A DNA stretch of 64,000 nt from Lingula anatina (Eukaryota; Animalia; Brachiopoda): the NCBI GenBank assembly GCA_051362555.1, contig CM120646.1, forward strand, positions 12,772,001 to 12,836,000. The letters run 5' to 3'. Made by a program: the position numbers and the translations under genes. The notes under the pieces are model-generated. The model made no database searches and was not told where the DNA came from. It was given only the letters and a program-made list of their open reading frames with translations. Below are positions 27,287 to 40,322 of the stretch, piece by piece. How positions within the stretch are numbered: position 1 is the stretch's first letter; the number at the start of each line of letters is the position of its first letter.

Positions 27287-29549
27287 TAAGGATTACATGG
27301 GATGTTTGTGACAATTTTCCATATACTGTCTTTTAGTTTCATTTCAAGAACTGCTCACGTGGGACATTCGTTTACAGATATTTTTACTTATAAAAAGTGT
27401 ATCAGGTCCTGTTTTCTTGGTTAATTTGATGCAGTTGTGTTCCATAAAATTAAGTGTCCATATTGTATTGTCAGGCAAGAAAAATGATGTAATTTTTTCA
27501 GCCATTTCATTGAAAGATGCATAAGAATTTTAAAACTTATAATTGAAAAAGAAAGAAAATAAAACTTGGGCTAAATGTTAGACTGGTGGCAAAGCACAGT
27601 TGTGCTTACATTTTGGCAGCATTAGCTAGCAGCTGACTTTTACTCTTTAAAAACATGACTCTTGCATTTTCAACCCGCACAGACTTGTACGTCACTTCAC
27701 GTGTCTGGGCCTTGGTACCCAAACACTGTATAACTAATATGCACCCCATTTATCATGAAATTTGTTTTTCCAACCATGGATTTGTCTCAAAAGTAAGTCT
27801 TAGAGTATAGGTTCTATTAACACTATTTTCGACATGTTATTTATTATAATGGCCAAGAACATGGAGAAGATCTATGTGGATTGTGCAATATAGCAGGCTG
27901 CTCAAGTCATCTGCTCATTCAGAAATTTTATGGAAATTAGGCAGGTTGCTGGCCTGCGACCATGCTAAGACTGATGGAGTGAGAGAGACGCCATGAACAA
28001 ACCTGGTCAAAGGTTGAAATGCAAAAAAAAAAAAAAAAAGTCTTAAGTCTGTGTTGATTTGTTAAGTGTTATTTGAAAGTCTAAGGTAGATATTTCCGGC
28101 TTCATTAAACAACAGTGTTCTTTAAATAACATTGAATAGCATAATTAAATAAGAATTTATTCGTTCTTTAACTTGACCAGCGTGGGTTATGTGACAAGAT
28201 TTTTGATTAGAACACGAATAGTCACCATTTCTTTTAGATTAAAAAAAAATGCTTACCCAAGTTTCTGAAATTTGATTTGTCAAGATGTGGTTTTCTGTAT
28301 GCGACTTCCTGATTTGATTAACAGAAGGTCTGAAGGGGAGAATAAATTGTCAGAAAATAAATCTGTCAACACCCCCACACTGAATTTTAGTGAACACAAA
28401 AATATCTTGTGCTGTGCATTATGCCAAGTATAGAACTTGTATTCCAATTTGAGAACTAACAAATTCACAGTGTATACTTACAGATTTTATGGAATGCATT
28501 TCAGCATCAAAGATTTCACCATCTATCACTGTTGAAATATATGCTGAAAATATGTAAAAAAAGAGATACAAATCTTGCCTTATCTTTTCAAAAAATTTAA
28601 CATCACTGGTTTTTAGAGAGAAATTTATATCACATTTGGTGATAAGTGTGTCAATGAGAGAACACCTGTGCCATTTTTCAATTGTACTTGTGGTGGAAAG
28701 GAGGAAGATTTGCATGCCCTAGTTTTACAACTGTGTTGCCTCCTTTTTTTTTTTTTTTTTTGGTTCGAATTGTTAAGAATGAGAACCGATTGAAATTGAA
28801 TTAAAAATATTATACTGCGAAAATGATGCCAGATAAAAGATGATCACTACTTGTATCTCTTACCATTAATTTTCAGAGTACTCCATTACTTCCAGGTAAA
28901 TTTTGAAATGTGAAATGCTAAGTTTTTAATGCAGTTAAGAGGAGCCCACTTTGCCTATACATAGATAAATCTTTTGAGCATTTATTTGGTCACCCCTTGG
29001 TGCTGGCTATTCCTTTCTGAACTTTCTACTTCTAATATTCAGTTAACTATTTATGAATTAAGATAGAAGATACGTCTACAAAAAAGAAGTGTGACAGTAC
29101 GCATGCCCTCAAGGAGCCAAAAAAAAAAAAAATCGATGCCAAAAAAAAAAATGGATACATTAAAAGGGAAAAGGCCACTTGCTTATCATCGGGAATACAG
29201 AGCTTGGAATAAAGGCATAAAAGGAAATCTGGTGTCCTCCTCTTCAAGCATGAAACATATTCAAGAAAAATCCACTTTCCACTGACTCACGCAAGTTCTT
29301 ATCTGAACCGGGACACATGACAGAGATAAGATCAGTGAGTCACAGAGCTGACGGTCATTATGTTATAGTGGTTTGTTTTGACTGTCTTGAGGGCTTTGCG
29401 GTTGGAGAGTAAGGGCTTTGTGGTTGGAGAGTAAGGCATATTGCTTCTCAGTCTCACCAAACGCAATCTCTAACTGCCTGTGGAACATAAGGTCTTGGAC
29501 TTTTTGGCCAGTGGTGAACACAATTTTTGAAAAAAAATTATGATTTTAG

Positions 29550-30189
29550 GAAAGTTATACTTTGAGGATTATTTGCAAAACTTCTAACTCTAAAATAGAC
29601 TAACAGTATGGTAGCACCAGATACCAGATGTGTATGAACTAGAAGTAAAGGAAATGGATGATGAAACAGTAGTGGCATAAAGACCATGTAGGATTTAACA
29701 TATTCATGTCATTCATTATCCCAGTATCTTTACAACCTCAGTCTTTAGGGCATCGTGGCTATATACTTATTTATGTAATATATGTGAGACAACTCTAGCT
29801 ATGACCATTGGGTCTATCTGGTCATATGGCATTACATCTTCTTTGACAATTTGAGATTGTATTTTTCCTGAAAGTTATACTTTGAGGATTATTTGCAAAA
29901 CTTCTAACTGTAAAATAGACTAACAGTATGGTAGGACCAGATACCAGATGCGTATGAACTAGAAGTAAAGGAAATGGATGATGAAACAGTAGTGGCATAA
30001 AGACCATGTAGGATTTAATATATTCATAAAGTTCATTATCCCAGTATCTTTACAACCTCAGTCTTTAGGGCATCATGGCTATATACTTATTTATGTAATA
30101 TATGTGAGACAACTCTAGCTATGACCATTGGGTCTATCTGATCATATGGCATTACATCTTCTTTGACAATTTGAGATTGTATTTTTCCT
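29550..30189 (+). repeat. Tandem direct duplication, 2 x 320 bp
   Basis: 29550-29869 and 29870-30189 are nearly identical, with a handful of substitutions. Confidence 0.93.
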
Positions 30190-33100
30190 TTCATGCTCTC
30201 AGTTTCAAAGATGTACAAGTACAGATATTTATGGTAATTTATCAGTGAATTCATACAGCACTGCTTATCTTATTTAGATTTTATATACTATAGGTGAAAT
30301 GGAAGTAAATTATGAAATGTTTGATTTCCATGCCACAAGAATGAAAAAAAAAAAGGTGTAACAGTCACTCTAAAAAAAAAAGGTGTTAAATGCTATTTTA
30401 TAATATTTAGGTCCTAGAACGGCACACTAGAGGTACTATGGTGCTTGTTGCTCTATTAAGTGCAGTAAGCAGACTTTGTGCAAGTAGGAACAAATGTAAT
30501 ATAATGGTGACACATCCAAAATGCCTCCTCACATTATAATGACTTAATGAGCAGGCAGCATAACTAGAAGGTGTTAAATGGGGAAACCTTTATAAAACCG
30601 GTCTCAGAACTACGAGAGAATTTACACTCTTTTCATGTAAGTAAGGTGTCTGGAAAGATGTCACTTTCTGAATTATCAGCTGGTAGTGTTGCTATGACAA
30701 CAGAAACAAACTTTATATCCAGTGAAAAAACATTTCCAAGACACTGATAATAGGACACAGCATTAATAGGACGAAATCTAGACAAGGGGTTTAATTGCTA
30801 GGCCCCTGCAGCGACGAGGCCTGTGGAGGCGGAGGCCAAGCATTAGGGCATTAACATCCTCATTTTTAGGGAGTTGGCCATATATAGCCTGCGATTCTGT
30901 TGGTTCTCAGAGCTACTTGTTCTTAATGCACTTTTCTACATATCAGAAAACTTCTAAGCGCTATTTTGAGCAACTCCCTTTCAGGACAGAAAAAAAGTCC
31001 ATGCTAGGGTGTTTGCTTGAATTGAACATACTTTTAAATACATAAGTTACAAAGGCTGTGATCTGTCGGTGCAGAATGTTTTTCTGATTGAAAATTGACC
31101 TGGTTTATAGACATCATGCCCAGTGTTTGTCAAAAGTAAGTGTCAACTTTATTGGCAGAGACCACAGTACGTAAGAGTTATCCATGTTAGGGGCCCAAGT
31201 ATTAAACACAGGGGCCTTCAAATCAGGATGTGTAGCATATAATCGCACAGGTACATGTTTTGGGCCCTAAATTCCATGTAGTACCTTAAAAAAGAAGTTA
31301 AAATGTACTTAACAAGGAAGCAAAAGGTAATTGGATCTGTGTTTGTCTGTTTGTCTGCCTGCCCTTTGGTACCATGGGGTCTTTTCTTATGATGGAGACA
31401 TTTAATGGTGCTATGTAGATGTTTTGTAATTGTCATGTAAGTCTTCTGTACTGAATAGTTTGGGGGAAAAGGAGCCATCACAGACTAAGTGACTAACCAA
31501 AGGAGTCAGATAAAGAAGTTTTTTTTTTTTTAGCTCTGTTGCACAGACTAGGGGGGGGGGAGCAAACTTTTAAATCTTTATTGAATTTGAAACAATATGG
31601 AGGAAAAAGTGTGAAAAGTTTGGAATGTGTGGAAGGGGTTAAGATGAAGAGACCAAAACATAACTAGCAAATAACTAGCATCTAATGCTTTTAGCTCTTT
31701 GCCTCCATTTCTTTTGAATAAACATTGTTAAAAAAAATAATAACTAGCAAAAAAAAAAAAAGTAGTGGTGAGAGAGAAATATTGATAGAAGAAATGTAAG
31801 CTTTTCGTATTAAAAACATTAAAACCCTAGTCAAAAAAAAAAGAAAAGTCACCTGTTGTTCTACTGCCTCCTTGATAAACTGTCATGTGTTGACTTGCTG
31901 GCAGTGGGGAGTATGTCCACTTCCTCCCTGCCCACTGGCTATACCCCCTGTTGAGGATCAACATAATGCTTAATGAGGTGTTCATTCTCAGGTAGAACAA
32001 AGGAAGGAACTTACCATTGTGTCCTCACTTTGAGGAATCGTACTCACGTAAAAAGAAAAAAGTGGCAACTTGTACTTCAGTTACTTTCAGTTTTTATGGT
32101 TGATTTTCTAACAATACGTAAATAAAATAATGTAAATCAGTTTTTTTACACAACAAAAAATTAATTTGTAGACACTACCCCTCCCTTCCCCCTATGGAAT
32201 TAATCTGTCAGGCAGCTTTTTTTCTGACAATGTTTTGACGTTAAAACTTGCTAAACACGCATCTTTAATTTAAGACAAACCATTTATAGCAAGACATGCC
32301 TTATCCAAGGATTAAGGAAATACTGAGAAAAAGACTTTACTTCTTGAAATTCTAGATCTGCCAGTAGTTTTTGACATGGAACTATTAGCTCTGTTGTGGG
32401 ACAACTTTTGTATGCAGAACTAGTCAAGAGGTCAAATTCACAAATGTGAGATGAACTTCCATGTTTCAGGTGTAGGCCGACATCCTTCTAGATACACGCT
32501 ACAGTGTTATTGTATTAAATTTTTAAAAATACATGCTTTGGTTTGATTTGTTTATATTATGATGATGTCACAAGACTATTTCATATATAATTTAATTTTT
32601 GGAATGATTACCTGTAAGAAAGAAGGCAATTGTAAAACAAAAAATTTAAAGATGCATTGGAATTTTTTAGGTAAGTACTTAAGTCATCATTATTTTGTTC
32701 TGGTAAGTTTTTTTCATGCAGTTAAACATTATAAGAAAAATGATAAAAGGCTATTCAAAGATTTACTTTCGTACAAAATTCACTTTTTTTTTCATTTTTT
32801 TCTGCAATATCTGAAAAAATAAACCCACAGAGCAATCTGCATGCATCTCCTGTGACATGTGATTGATAATTCTAAAATGTCCCACCAGTAATAAAATAAA
32901 GGTAGCTGGGACCCCAGACACGTCTGAAACACTGCCTTCATTTTGAGCAGCTTTGACACTAAGTGCTGTGCGCTTTTTTTTAACACTCGCCCCACTGTGT
33001 TGGGCGGTGCAGGCCACTGGTTGGCGTTTACATACACCCAATGCACCGTGGGTAATATTATTGTTCAAGGCAATAGGTCAGGTGAATGAGTACGACGATG

Positions 33101-35236
33101 TTTTTGCAGCGGAGGTCAAAGAGCCACTTTGTTATTGACCTGAAAATTAATTAAAGTCAAGCAAGCAGTAAAGCTCTATTCTGATAATGATGATGTGTGC
33201 TTGTTTCTTTTATCCTTTGGACATGCCAGTTTTTCAATAATGGGCAAAAAAAAGAAAAGAAAAAAAAAGACGTCTACTTTATGCACTAGCTGTATGCGAA
33301 GTTTATTTGTCAGTATTGGGACCACATGGAGACACTACATGATATCTAATGTTCTCACTGATTGAAATGATTAATTTCTCATTTTCCCCATCCAAATTTG
33401 TTCTTGGTTATAGTTAAGATTTTCTCTCTGAAGGGCCTTATGTTTAAATGTATGGAAGTCGTGCGTATGTGCTTGAGCTTTATTCACAGTTTGTGAGGTT
33501 CTGTAAATTGGTAAGCAAGGGGAATGTGCAGATAGAGAGAGAAAAGCAGAATAGGTGATTAAGGTGAGAGAAAAGAAAAGTCAGCTACTTATCATAACTG
33601 ACAATCCAGTATAAGGGCTTAGTGGTAACCCAACTTTTAACACCTACTTAAACTGAGTAAACACATAATTGCTGCAACAGGCAGAAGACTGAACTACTAC
33701 ACAAACAGTCCGAGATTATGCTGAAATGATCCCTTATAAAATCAAGAATCATGAACTGGATTATACTATGATAACACCACTGGAAGTTTCTTATCTGTGA
33801 GATCCTTGAGCTAACTTTTTGGGGCCTTGATTGACGTCTGTCTTGGCCCTGTCCAAATAAGGGCGCTGAGTCATCCATTCACCTCTTACCACATTGGTAC
33901 AGACTCCATTCATAAAAGTTTATCAATGAACGGGGTCCTGTAGCTGTGTTTATGGTAGGCACTTTTATTTAGGGGAAAACGGAGGGGGTGGGCAATATTT
34001 TGTCTCTGTTTGAAATTCAAACAGTTTTGAATATATACAAGTAGGTTATTTACACGATTAGGACATTTCATTTAGTAATCTCGATTGGTGAATTTACAAA
34101 TGAGCAAATTTGAGAGATAAATTTCCACTGAATTAACGCCATAATTTTTCCTGCTTTCTCTCCCCTTATCTTGCATATGGCCCCTTAATTACTAGGCTAA
34201 ATAATCACTGGGACACATGGACACTTCCTGCCAAGAAGCTAGCTTGAGAATTAATGTCAACTAAGCATGACCTAGATGCTACATTGTTCATGATGAATCT
34301 CCAAACTTACTTCAAGCCAACATGAACTAGTTTTTCAGTGCTCACTGTATCTGGTAGTAACGACCCTGGCTGGAAGGAGAAAAGATACTTAATTTTAAGG
34401 GAATGAGACTGAATCTGATTGGATGAACTGAGTAGGACAAGGACCAGTTCGGTGGAAGTAGTTACAGGGACACCGCTTTAATGAGTTTTTAAATGTTCAG
34501 GAAGGAAAGATTTGAACAGATAGGCAGAACCAAGGAAATTGGATGTGGAAGACATTTGCTTAAGAATAAGCTGGTCACGGGATTTGGAACTGGAGTTCTT
34601 TCTTTGGGTACTATATACACATACCTAACTTGGCTTACTATTTGAGGCAGGGAGATCAGTTGTGAGTAGGAGTATTCCACCTTGGAGGCGATTTGTGTTG
34701 AAGAGTTTTACATGCTATCTCTGGCGTCCTAGTGATTTCCTCAGTTATTACTGTATGGGACAGTTAAGACTGCTACTAACATGCTGTCCATTATATCTCC
34801 TCCTTTGCCTAGCCGCAGGACCAGGGGGATTAAAAGTAAGTTTGGTGAACTTTTAATGGGTTTTTTTTTCATTCATTGGTGTTCTCTTTTGTTGAACAAT
34901 GAACAATGAGGAATAACAAAATTATTGATTATATATAAGCCTTTTTAAAAATGCAAGCTATAGATCAATCATTTTAAATAAATAAAAGAAATTGGTTAAG
35001 AATTAACCTCTCTAAGTTACATGGAGTATATACACACATTATATACAGAATTATACAGAAATGTTCATTGGCTGTTACATAATAATAAGTGTTTACAAAA
35101 ACTCGAATATTCTTATCCATTAAACAATGATAAAAGTACCTTAAGATATCTTTGTTCAATATGAAACGTATGATTCAGCGTATTATTTTTATAATGACAA
35201 GGTGCAAGCACACGTAACAAAAGTAAGGTGAAAACA

Positions 35237-35494
35237 TGGCTATGACTGGATCATTTCAATGGGCAAAAATTACCAAACTTTCAGATATCTTATTTCATGA
35301 TCCCAAAATTGTATTTCTGTATGGCATCTGTGGTCCTTATACTGCATAGAGTAGAACTTGAGAGTAACCTGCTTTTTAATTTTGTTGCTACCACTCGATA
35401 GGAATGTTGTAATTTAAAGAAAATTATTACTTACAGATACAGTATCTGTAAAATTCACAATTTTCCCCCCATTGAAAAGATCGAGTCATTACCA
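35237..35494. mobile_element. Tc1/mariner-like MITE, same family as 5399-5984, opposite orientation
   Basis: Degenerate TIRs ATGACTGGATCATTTCAATGGG / CCCATTGAAAAGATCGAGTCATTACC and internal similarity. Confidence 0.7.
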
Positions 35495-35598
35495 TTCTTC
35501 TACAACTCAAAGTAGAGAAAGGAATTTTCAAAGTTAAGAATGGTTTTGGTTTAAGAAAATGAAAAAAATAAAATAAAGAAAACTGTTAAGGTGACTAT

Positions 35599-35769
35599 GG
35601 CTCTATTCCCATAGATTTTAGATCGATCTATCCCCGCGGGGAGTCTCACTAGATTACTTTCAGATAATCCGACTTAAATGTCCGTCCCGCCTACTACAAG
35701 CTTTAAGGGGGTCCCCCAGGGAGTTAGGTCGATCCAAAGTAGGTCGATCTAATCTATGGAAATGGGGTG
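35599..35769 (+). mobile_element. PIF/Harbinger-like MITE family A with an internal deletion
   Basis: Same termini, 3-bp TSD TAT on both sides, about 44 bp shorter than the other copies. Confidence 0.85.
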
Positions 35770-37931
35770 TATGACGGGCCTTGCAAAAATGACTATCAAT
35801 GTGAGCTTTAATGAAGAAAAGTTACTAAAAGAGATAATAAAAACCTATGCCAACGAAAGTATGGTTTCATTGAAGAAAGACGAGACTGATCAAGATGCGA
35901 GCAGTTTTGATGAAAATAAGGTGTCTGTCATGATAAGTACAACATTGTTATAAAAGTTTGTTTTGAAATGATTAATATGTTATGATTAAGTGTAAGAAGT
36001 GACGTCAGTTTGAGTAAAAATGGTATGAATTACAATTCAGGAATCTCATAATATACTGCTGCTGCACAGCAGTAAGAACATGACATACTATCTTGGGTCA
36101 TGTTAGTAGAGAAGTTTTACTCATTTGCTTAGCATCTTTTCATTAGGTATAGGAATAAGTTTTTTTTTTCATGATTTCAGATGATTTCAACTTGTCAAAT
36201 GTTCACCTTTTTTGGCCACTGCATGTAATCTTTTTTTTTTTTAATCATTTTATTAAGGATTAACTTATGTAACTGGATAAGTTCTAAGTTTGATGTTTAA
36301 AAGGGACCTTGCTTGGAACTAAAGTTTTAAATTTAATTTGCATTCAAATGAGCAGCCCATCCTTTGATGTTCTACAAGTCTAGCACTACTAGGTGTCAAA
36401 ACATTGCCGAATCTCAAACACAGCATTAACATAAAGGAACCAGAAAGCCAAGACCAAAACTTGACACCCAAACAAGCTTAATCAATACAAAAGATATCCC
36501 AAGCCAATTCGGCAAAGACCCAAAGGTAGAATCTTGATGAATGTAAACTGGTCAACACCAAGTCTGCCAGGGGCCCTTATCAGATCATATCAGTGCTCCG
36601 GACTTGCTGATGTCCTTTGTAATTTTTCAGCCAAGCTGGACCGTGACATAACAGATCTCCACTAATTAAGACCAGCCTCAATCAAGCATCAGGTTAATTG
36701 TCCGAAACAGGGACTGGGTCATACCTGGCCATCTTGGGTGTATTAAACCCAGCAGGGTGGACCAAGAGGGTCACTTTGATGTCCTAACAACTGATAAGGC
36801 CCGAGGGGGGAAGTGGTGGCCTATAGTGGGGGGAATAAAAGGAGAGCTTTAACAGTTGTAAATAAGGAAGATGAATGAGTTGGTGTAGCTCAGTGGACAC
36901 TGTTAGCCCTCCTTTACTGCACAGCTCTCTTATCATTGGTCAGTTAAGGAAGTTAATGTGTTAATTGTCCAGAGACAGTAGTGGACAGAGTAGGGGGTAG
37001 GAAGTAGTGGTCAGTTACACCTTAACTTGATGGATAGGTAGAAAGGAAACTGCTCCTATGAAGTCTGAATACACCTGAAGACTGGGATGGCTTGATTGTA
37101 GTTTTTTTTTTTTTTTGCTTGAAACTGAGAGGATTTGAAGAGGATTTTGTTTAAATTGTGTTTTTAAGTATATGCCAAAAAAGTTGCCAAACCGTTCATA
37201 TCTTAAAGATAGGACACCGTTTTAAATTTGGTGCCAAACCAGTAGAGAGTAACATTAGGCAGAACAGAACAACTTGGGAGAAGTAAAGGCAAAGGTGAGA
37301 ATAAGCAAGTAATAAAACCAACATATTTTTAAATACATTTTCATTTGATTCATTTGAAGTTTACAATTGGCTCAGTATGTCACAATGGCATGGTACCCGA
37401 AAACTTGATATTTTGCAAAAAGACAAGTTGGCAAGTATATTCAACGTTCAGTTATGCAAACTAAGAGAAGAAATCGGGTAAGGAAATCAGGTATACAACT
37501 AAGAATAAATTGGTTTGGCAGAAACGTCTCATGCAATCAAGTGACCATAGGTGGTTGACCTTTGTGTATGTGACAGGATTAGAAATGAACAAAGGTAATG
37601 TTAGCATAATATCAAGTATTTCTTTAGTATGAACTACAAAAATTAGAGAGAAAAAAAGATCCAAGTTTATGCAGACATAGTGAATTTGCACTCAGCTAGG
37701 TGTCTGTTTGCCCACGCAAATTTTTAGGTCTTAGGATTCTAGCACCTGCTATGAAAATTAGTGCCTAAAGTTGAAACGGAAAACTTGATGTGTTAATTTA
37801 TTAATACATGATAACGAACTATAAACCAGATCATATCCAAGCAGAACATCAGAATTTTGTCGAGACAGGACTGAGCTAACATCTGTAAATGCAAGTAGAC
37901 TTGATTGAGGTAGCAGTACTTATAGTTTGTG

Positions 37932-38083
37932 CATGGGTTAGTTTTCAGGATTATGCCTGATTTCAGGATTTTCAATCTTCATTTTGCCTGTAATTGTTTC
38001 CATTTAGTGTAAATCATTAATGCAGTGAGAAATTACAAAATTTTGTTTTTCAGGATTTTGGTTTTTTACAATTTTCATCCATG
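37932..38083. mobile_element. Small CATGG-terminated MITE with internal TTCAGGATT repeats
   Basis: CATGGGTTAGTTTT ... AATTTTCATCCATG, flanks TTTGTG / TTTGTT. Confidence 0.4.
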
Positions 38084-38550
38084 TTTGTTTGGTGTAGGAA
38101 AGGGGTTTTCTTGGACAGCTTTCAGAGGCACCTGGCGCTATCTGGTTACAGTTTTTTTTGGTTGATTTTTTTCCTTTAGTCTGATTATCAAAGAAAAACT
38201 TAAGAGAGATCAGTGTGAATAGAAAAGCAGGCCAAAAAGTTTGTGTTTTTAGTTTGCAAATAAATGTTTTTCCTTCTAGTTTTTGTACAAGTACAATGAA
38301 AATTTGTATCAGCTGTTTTAGGTTTTACCCCTTAGCATGTTAATTAAGTGATTGTTCTCACCATGGAACTTCTGGCATTTACTCAATTTTTTACCTATCC
38401 ATTTGTCATATTTCAGATATGCATTTGTTATTTAGATGTTTTCCTCTATTTTTGAAAAAAAGCAGTTACAGGTGATTTTTCCCTTCCTGTGGGTATAATA
38501 GTATAATAATATATATGTGCTATATAATGATGAATCCTATTTATTTCCAG

Positions 38551-38670
38551 ATATGCCAACCCCCCAGGTTCCTCCTCTGACCCCAGGGACTAACCAGAAG
38601 ATGTCCCAAGCGCTGCTAGAGAGCTTTAAGACCTTTGAGAGGGAGCAGCAGAGGCTGAGGATCACCAAAG
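38551..38670 (+). CDS. ETS1/2: Ets1/2 exon with ERK phosphoacceptor (DMPTPQVPPLTPGTNQKMSQALLESFKTFEREQQRLRITK)
   Basis: ttccAG acceptor and AAG|GTGGGG donor, 120 nt. PLTP corresponds to the Ets1 T38 / PntP2 MAPK site and is followed by the start of the PNT domain. Confidence 0.95.
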
Positions 38671-38706
38671 GTGGGGGGCGTGACAGTGTGTGTGCCCACA
38701 TTTCCA

Positions 38707-38709
<3 letters not shown>

Positions 38710-38748
<39 letters not shown>
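38710..38748. repeat. (GA)n microsatellite 40 nt after the PLTP-exon donor
   Basis: Direct reading. Confidence 0.95.
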
Positions 38749-38749
<1 letters not shown>

Positions 38750-39092
38750 ACAATATCAGATGTGAACACTGTTCATGTGTGTGATTGGGTGTTTGTTTGT
38801 ATGTTTGAGAGAGAAAGAAAGAAAAAATAGGTGAAAAGAGGGCAAATATCATTGATACAGACAAGAATACTACATGTATGTGTTTGTAGGTAGTTGCACA
38901 CAGTAAATGGTTCATACATAAAGCATTCATAGTTTTTTAAATATGAATCTTTATATTTGTCCATTAAAGACGGTGAAAGAAAAAAGGGAGATTTTATTAG
39001 ATTGAAAAATCTCATTGTTGTTATAACAATAAAAAGGGCATGACCTGTGATCTCATGAGGACAAGTCAAGTTCTTTTTAAAGCTCTCTGAAT

Positions 39093-39194
39093 CATACACT
39101 TGTACCTGTGTTGGCAAAAACTCATCTTTATTTAACTTAAAACCATACACTTGTACCTGTGTTGGCAAAAACTCATCTTTATTTAACTTAAAAC
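39093..39194 (+). repeat. Tandem duplication, 2 x 51 bp
   Basis: CATACACTTGTACCTGTGTTGGCAAAAACTCATCTTTATTTAACTTAAAAC occurs twice. Confidence 0.9.
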
Positions 39195-40168
39195 CAGTTT
39201 CAACTGGTTTTAGAAAATCATGATTTTGTTTTTTTGCAAATCACATGCTCTTGTGACTTACTTTTTAATGTATGTATATGATCTCACACATAAAATATGG
39301 AAGAAGGAAATTTGTCATAAGTTTAAATATTTGTCTAAGATGTCCAGTTAGGTGGGACCCTCCTTGTCTTCTGTTTGACGTAAATGGGGAGATGACCAAT
39401 CACCATTGTCCAAGATTGAATGTCAATCACTGCCACTGTTGTACAGTGGTTTAGAACAGTAAAATATCCAGGGTTGTTTTCTGTGAGATCTTATCTCAAA
39501 CTGTTTGTTTTAATACTGCTGTCTGCGGTATATGTGTGGTTAGTGTGTTATTGGTGAGATTCCTTTCAATTGAGTATCATGTCCAAAAAAGATGAAGAGA
39601 TTTTTGGAGATGTAGAATTATAAGTAAAACATGTAAGGCCTCAGGTTTCAGTTTTTCAATGAATAGGAGTCAAAACAACAATGACAAGATGTCCCATCGG
39701 CCCAGCTTTCAGATGTCATTGAAACAACTTCAGAAGCGGTCCCTATGTCACATAGCACAGTGACACACAGAGACTTAGAATGCCCCCAACTTTTCAATAA
39801 GGTAACATACTGACTTATAAATGACCCGATTTTATTTCATTTGGAATCAACAAGTGCCCAAAGTTTTCTTTTTAGGGAGGAACTCTGCAGATTACCCATT
39901 AAAATACACGGGGGAAGAATTAGGGCAAAGAGAGGGAAGTTTGTTTTTATGTCCGATTGTCCACGTTGTTTTGACCAGTCTGACCACAAAACGGGGCTGT
40001 GGTGTCAGTGACCAATGGTAATGACCAGGGATGTATGAGCTGTGGTTCAGTGAAGTGTGTCATCTTTGACTCATGGGCAGTTAAACTGATCATGGCTTGA
40101 TGAGCTCTAAGCACACCACCTACCAGTGTTCAGGGAATAGGCTTGTGTGTAATAAGTGTGTTCTAAAA

Positions 40169-40322
40169 GCAAATTCAGAACAGCGGACTTGCAGATTTGC
40201 TGATCAAATTTGGCGACCCTCTCAAAAAGTTACTGCTTAATTCCCGATTAGACACTGAATAGATTCCCCACAGGGAAAATGCAATAAGCATTCAAGTGGG
40301 TTGGCCATATTTGATTAGCCCC
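40169..40322. mobile_element. Degenerate MITE related to 7178-7340
   Basis: GATCAAATTTGGCGACCC ... GGGTTGGCCATATTTGAT inverted motif plus the shared core. Confidence 0.5.
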
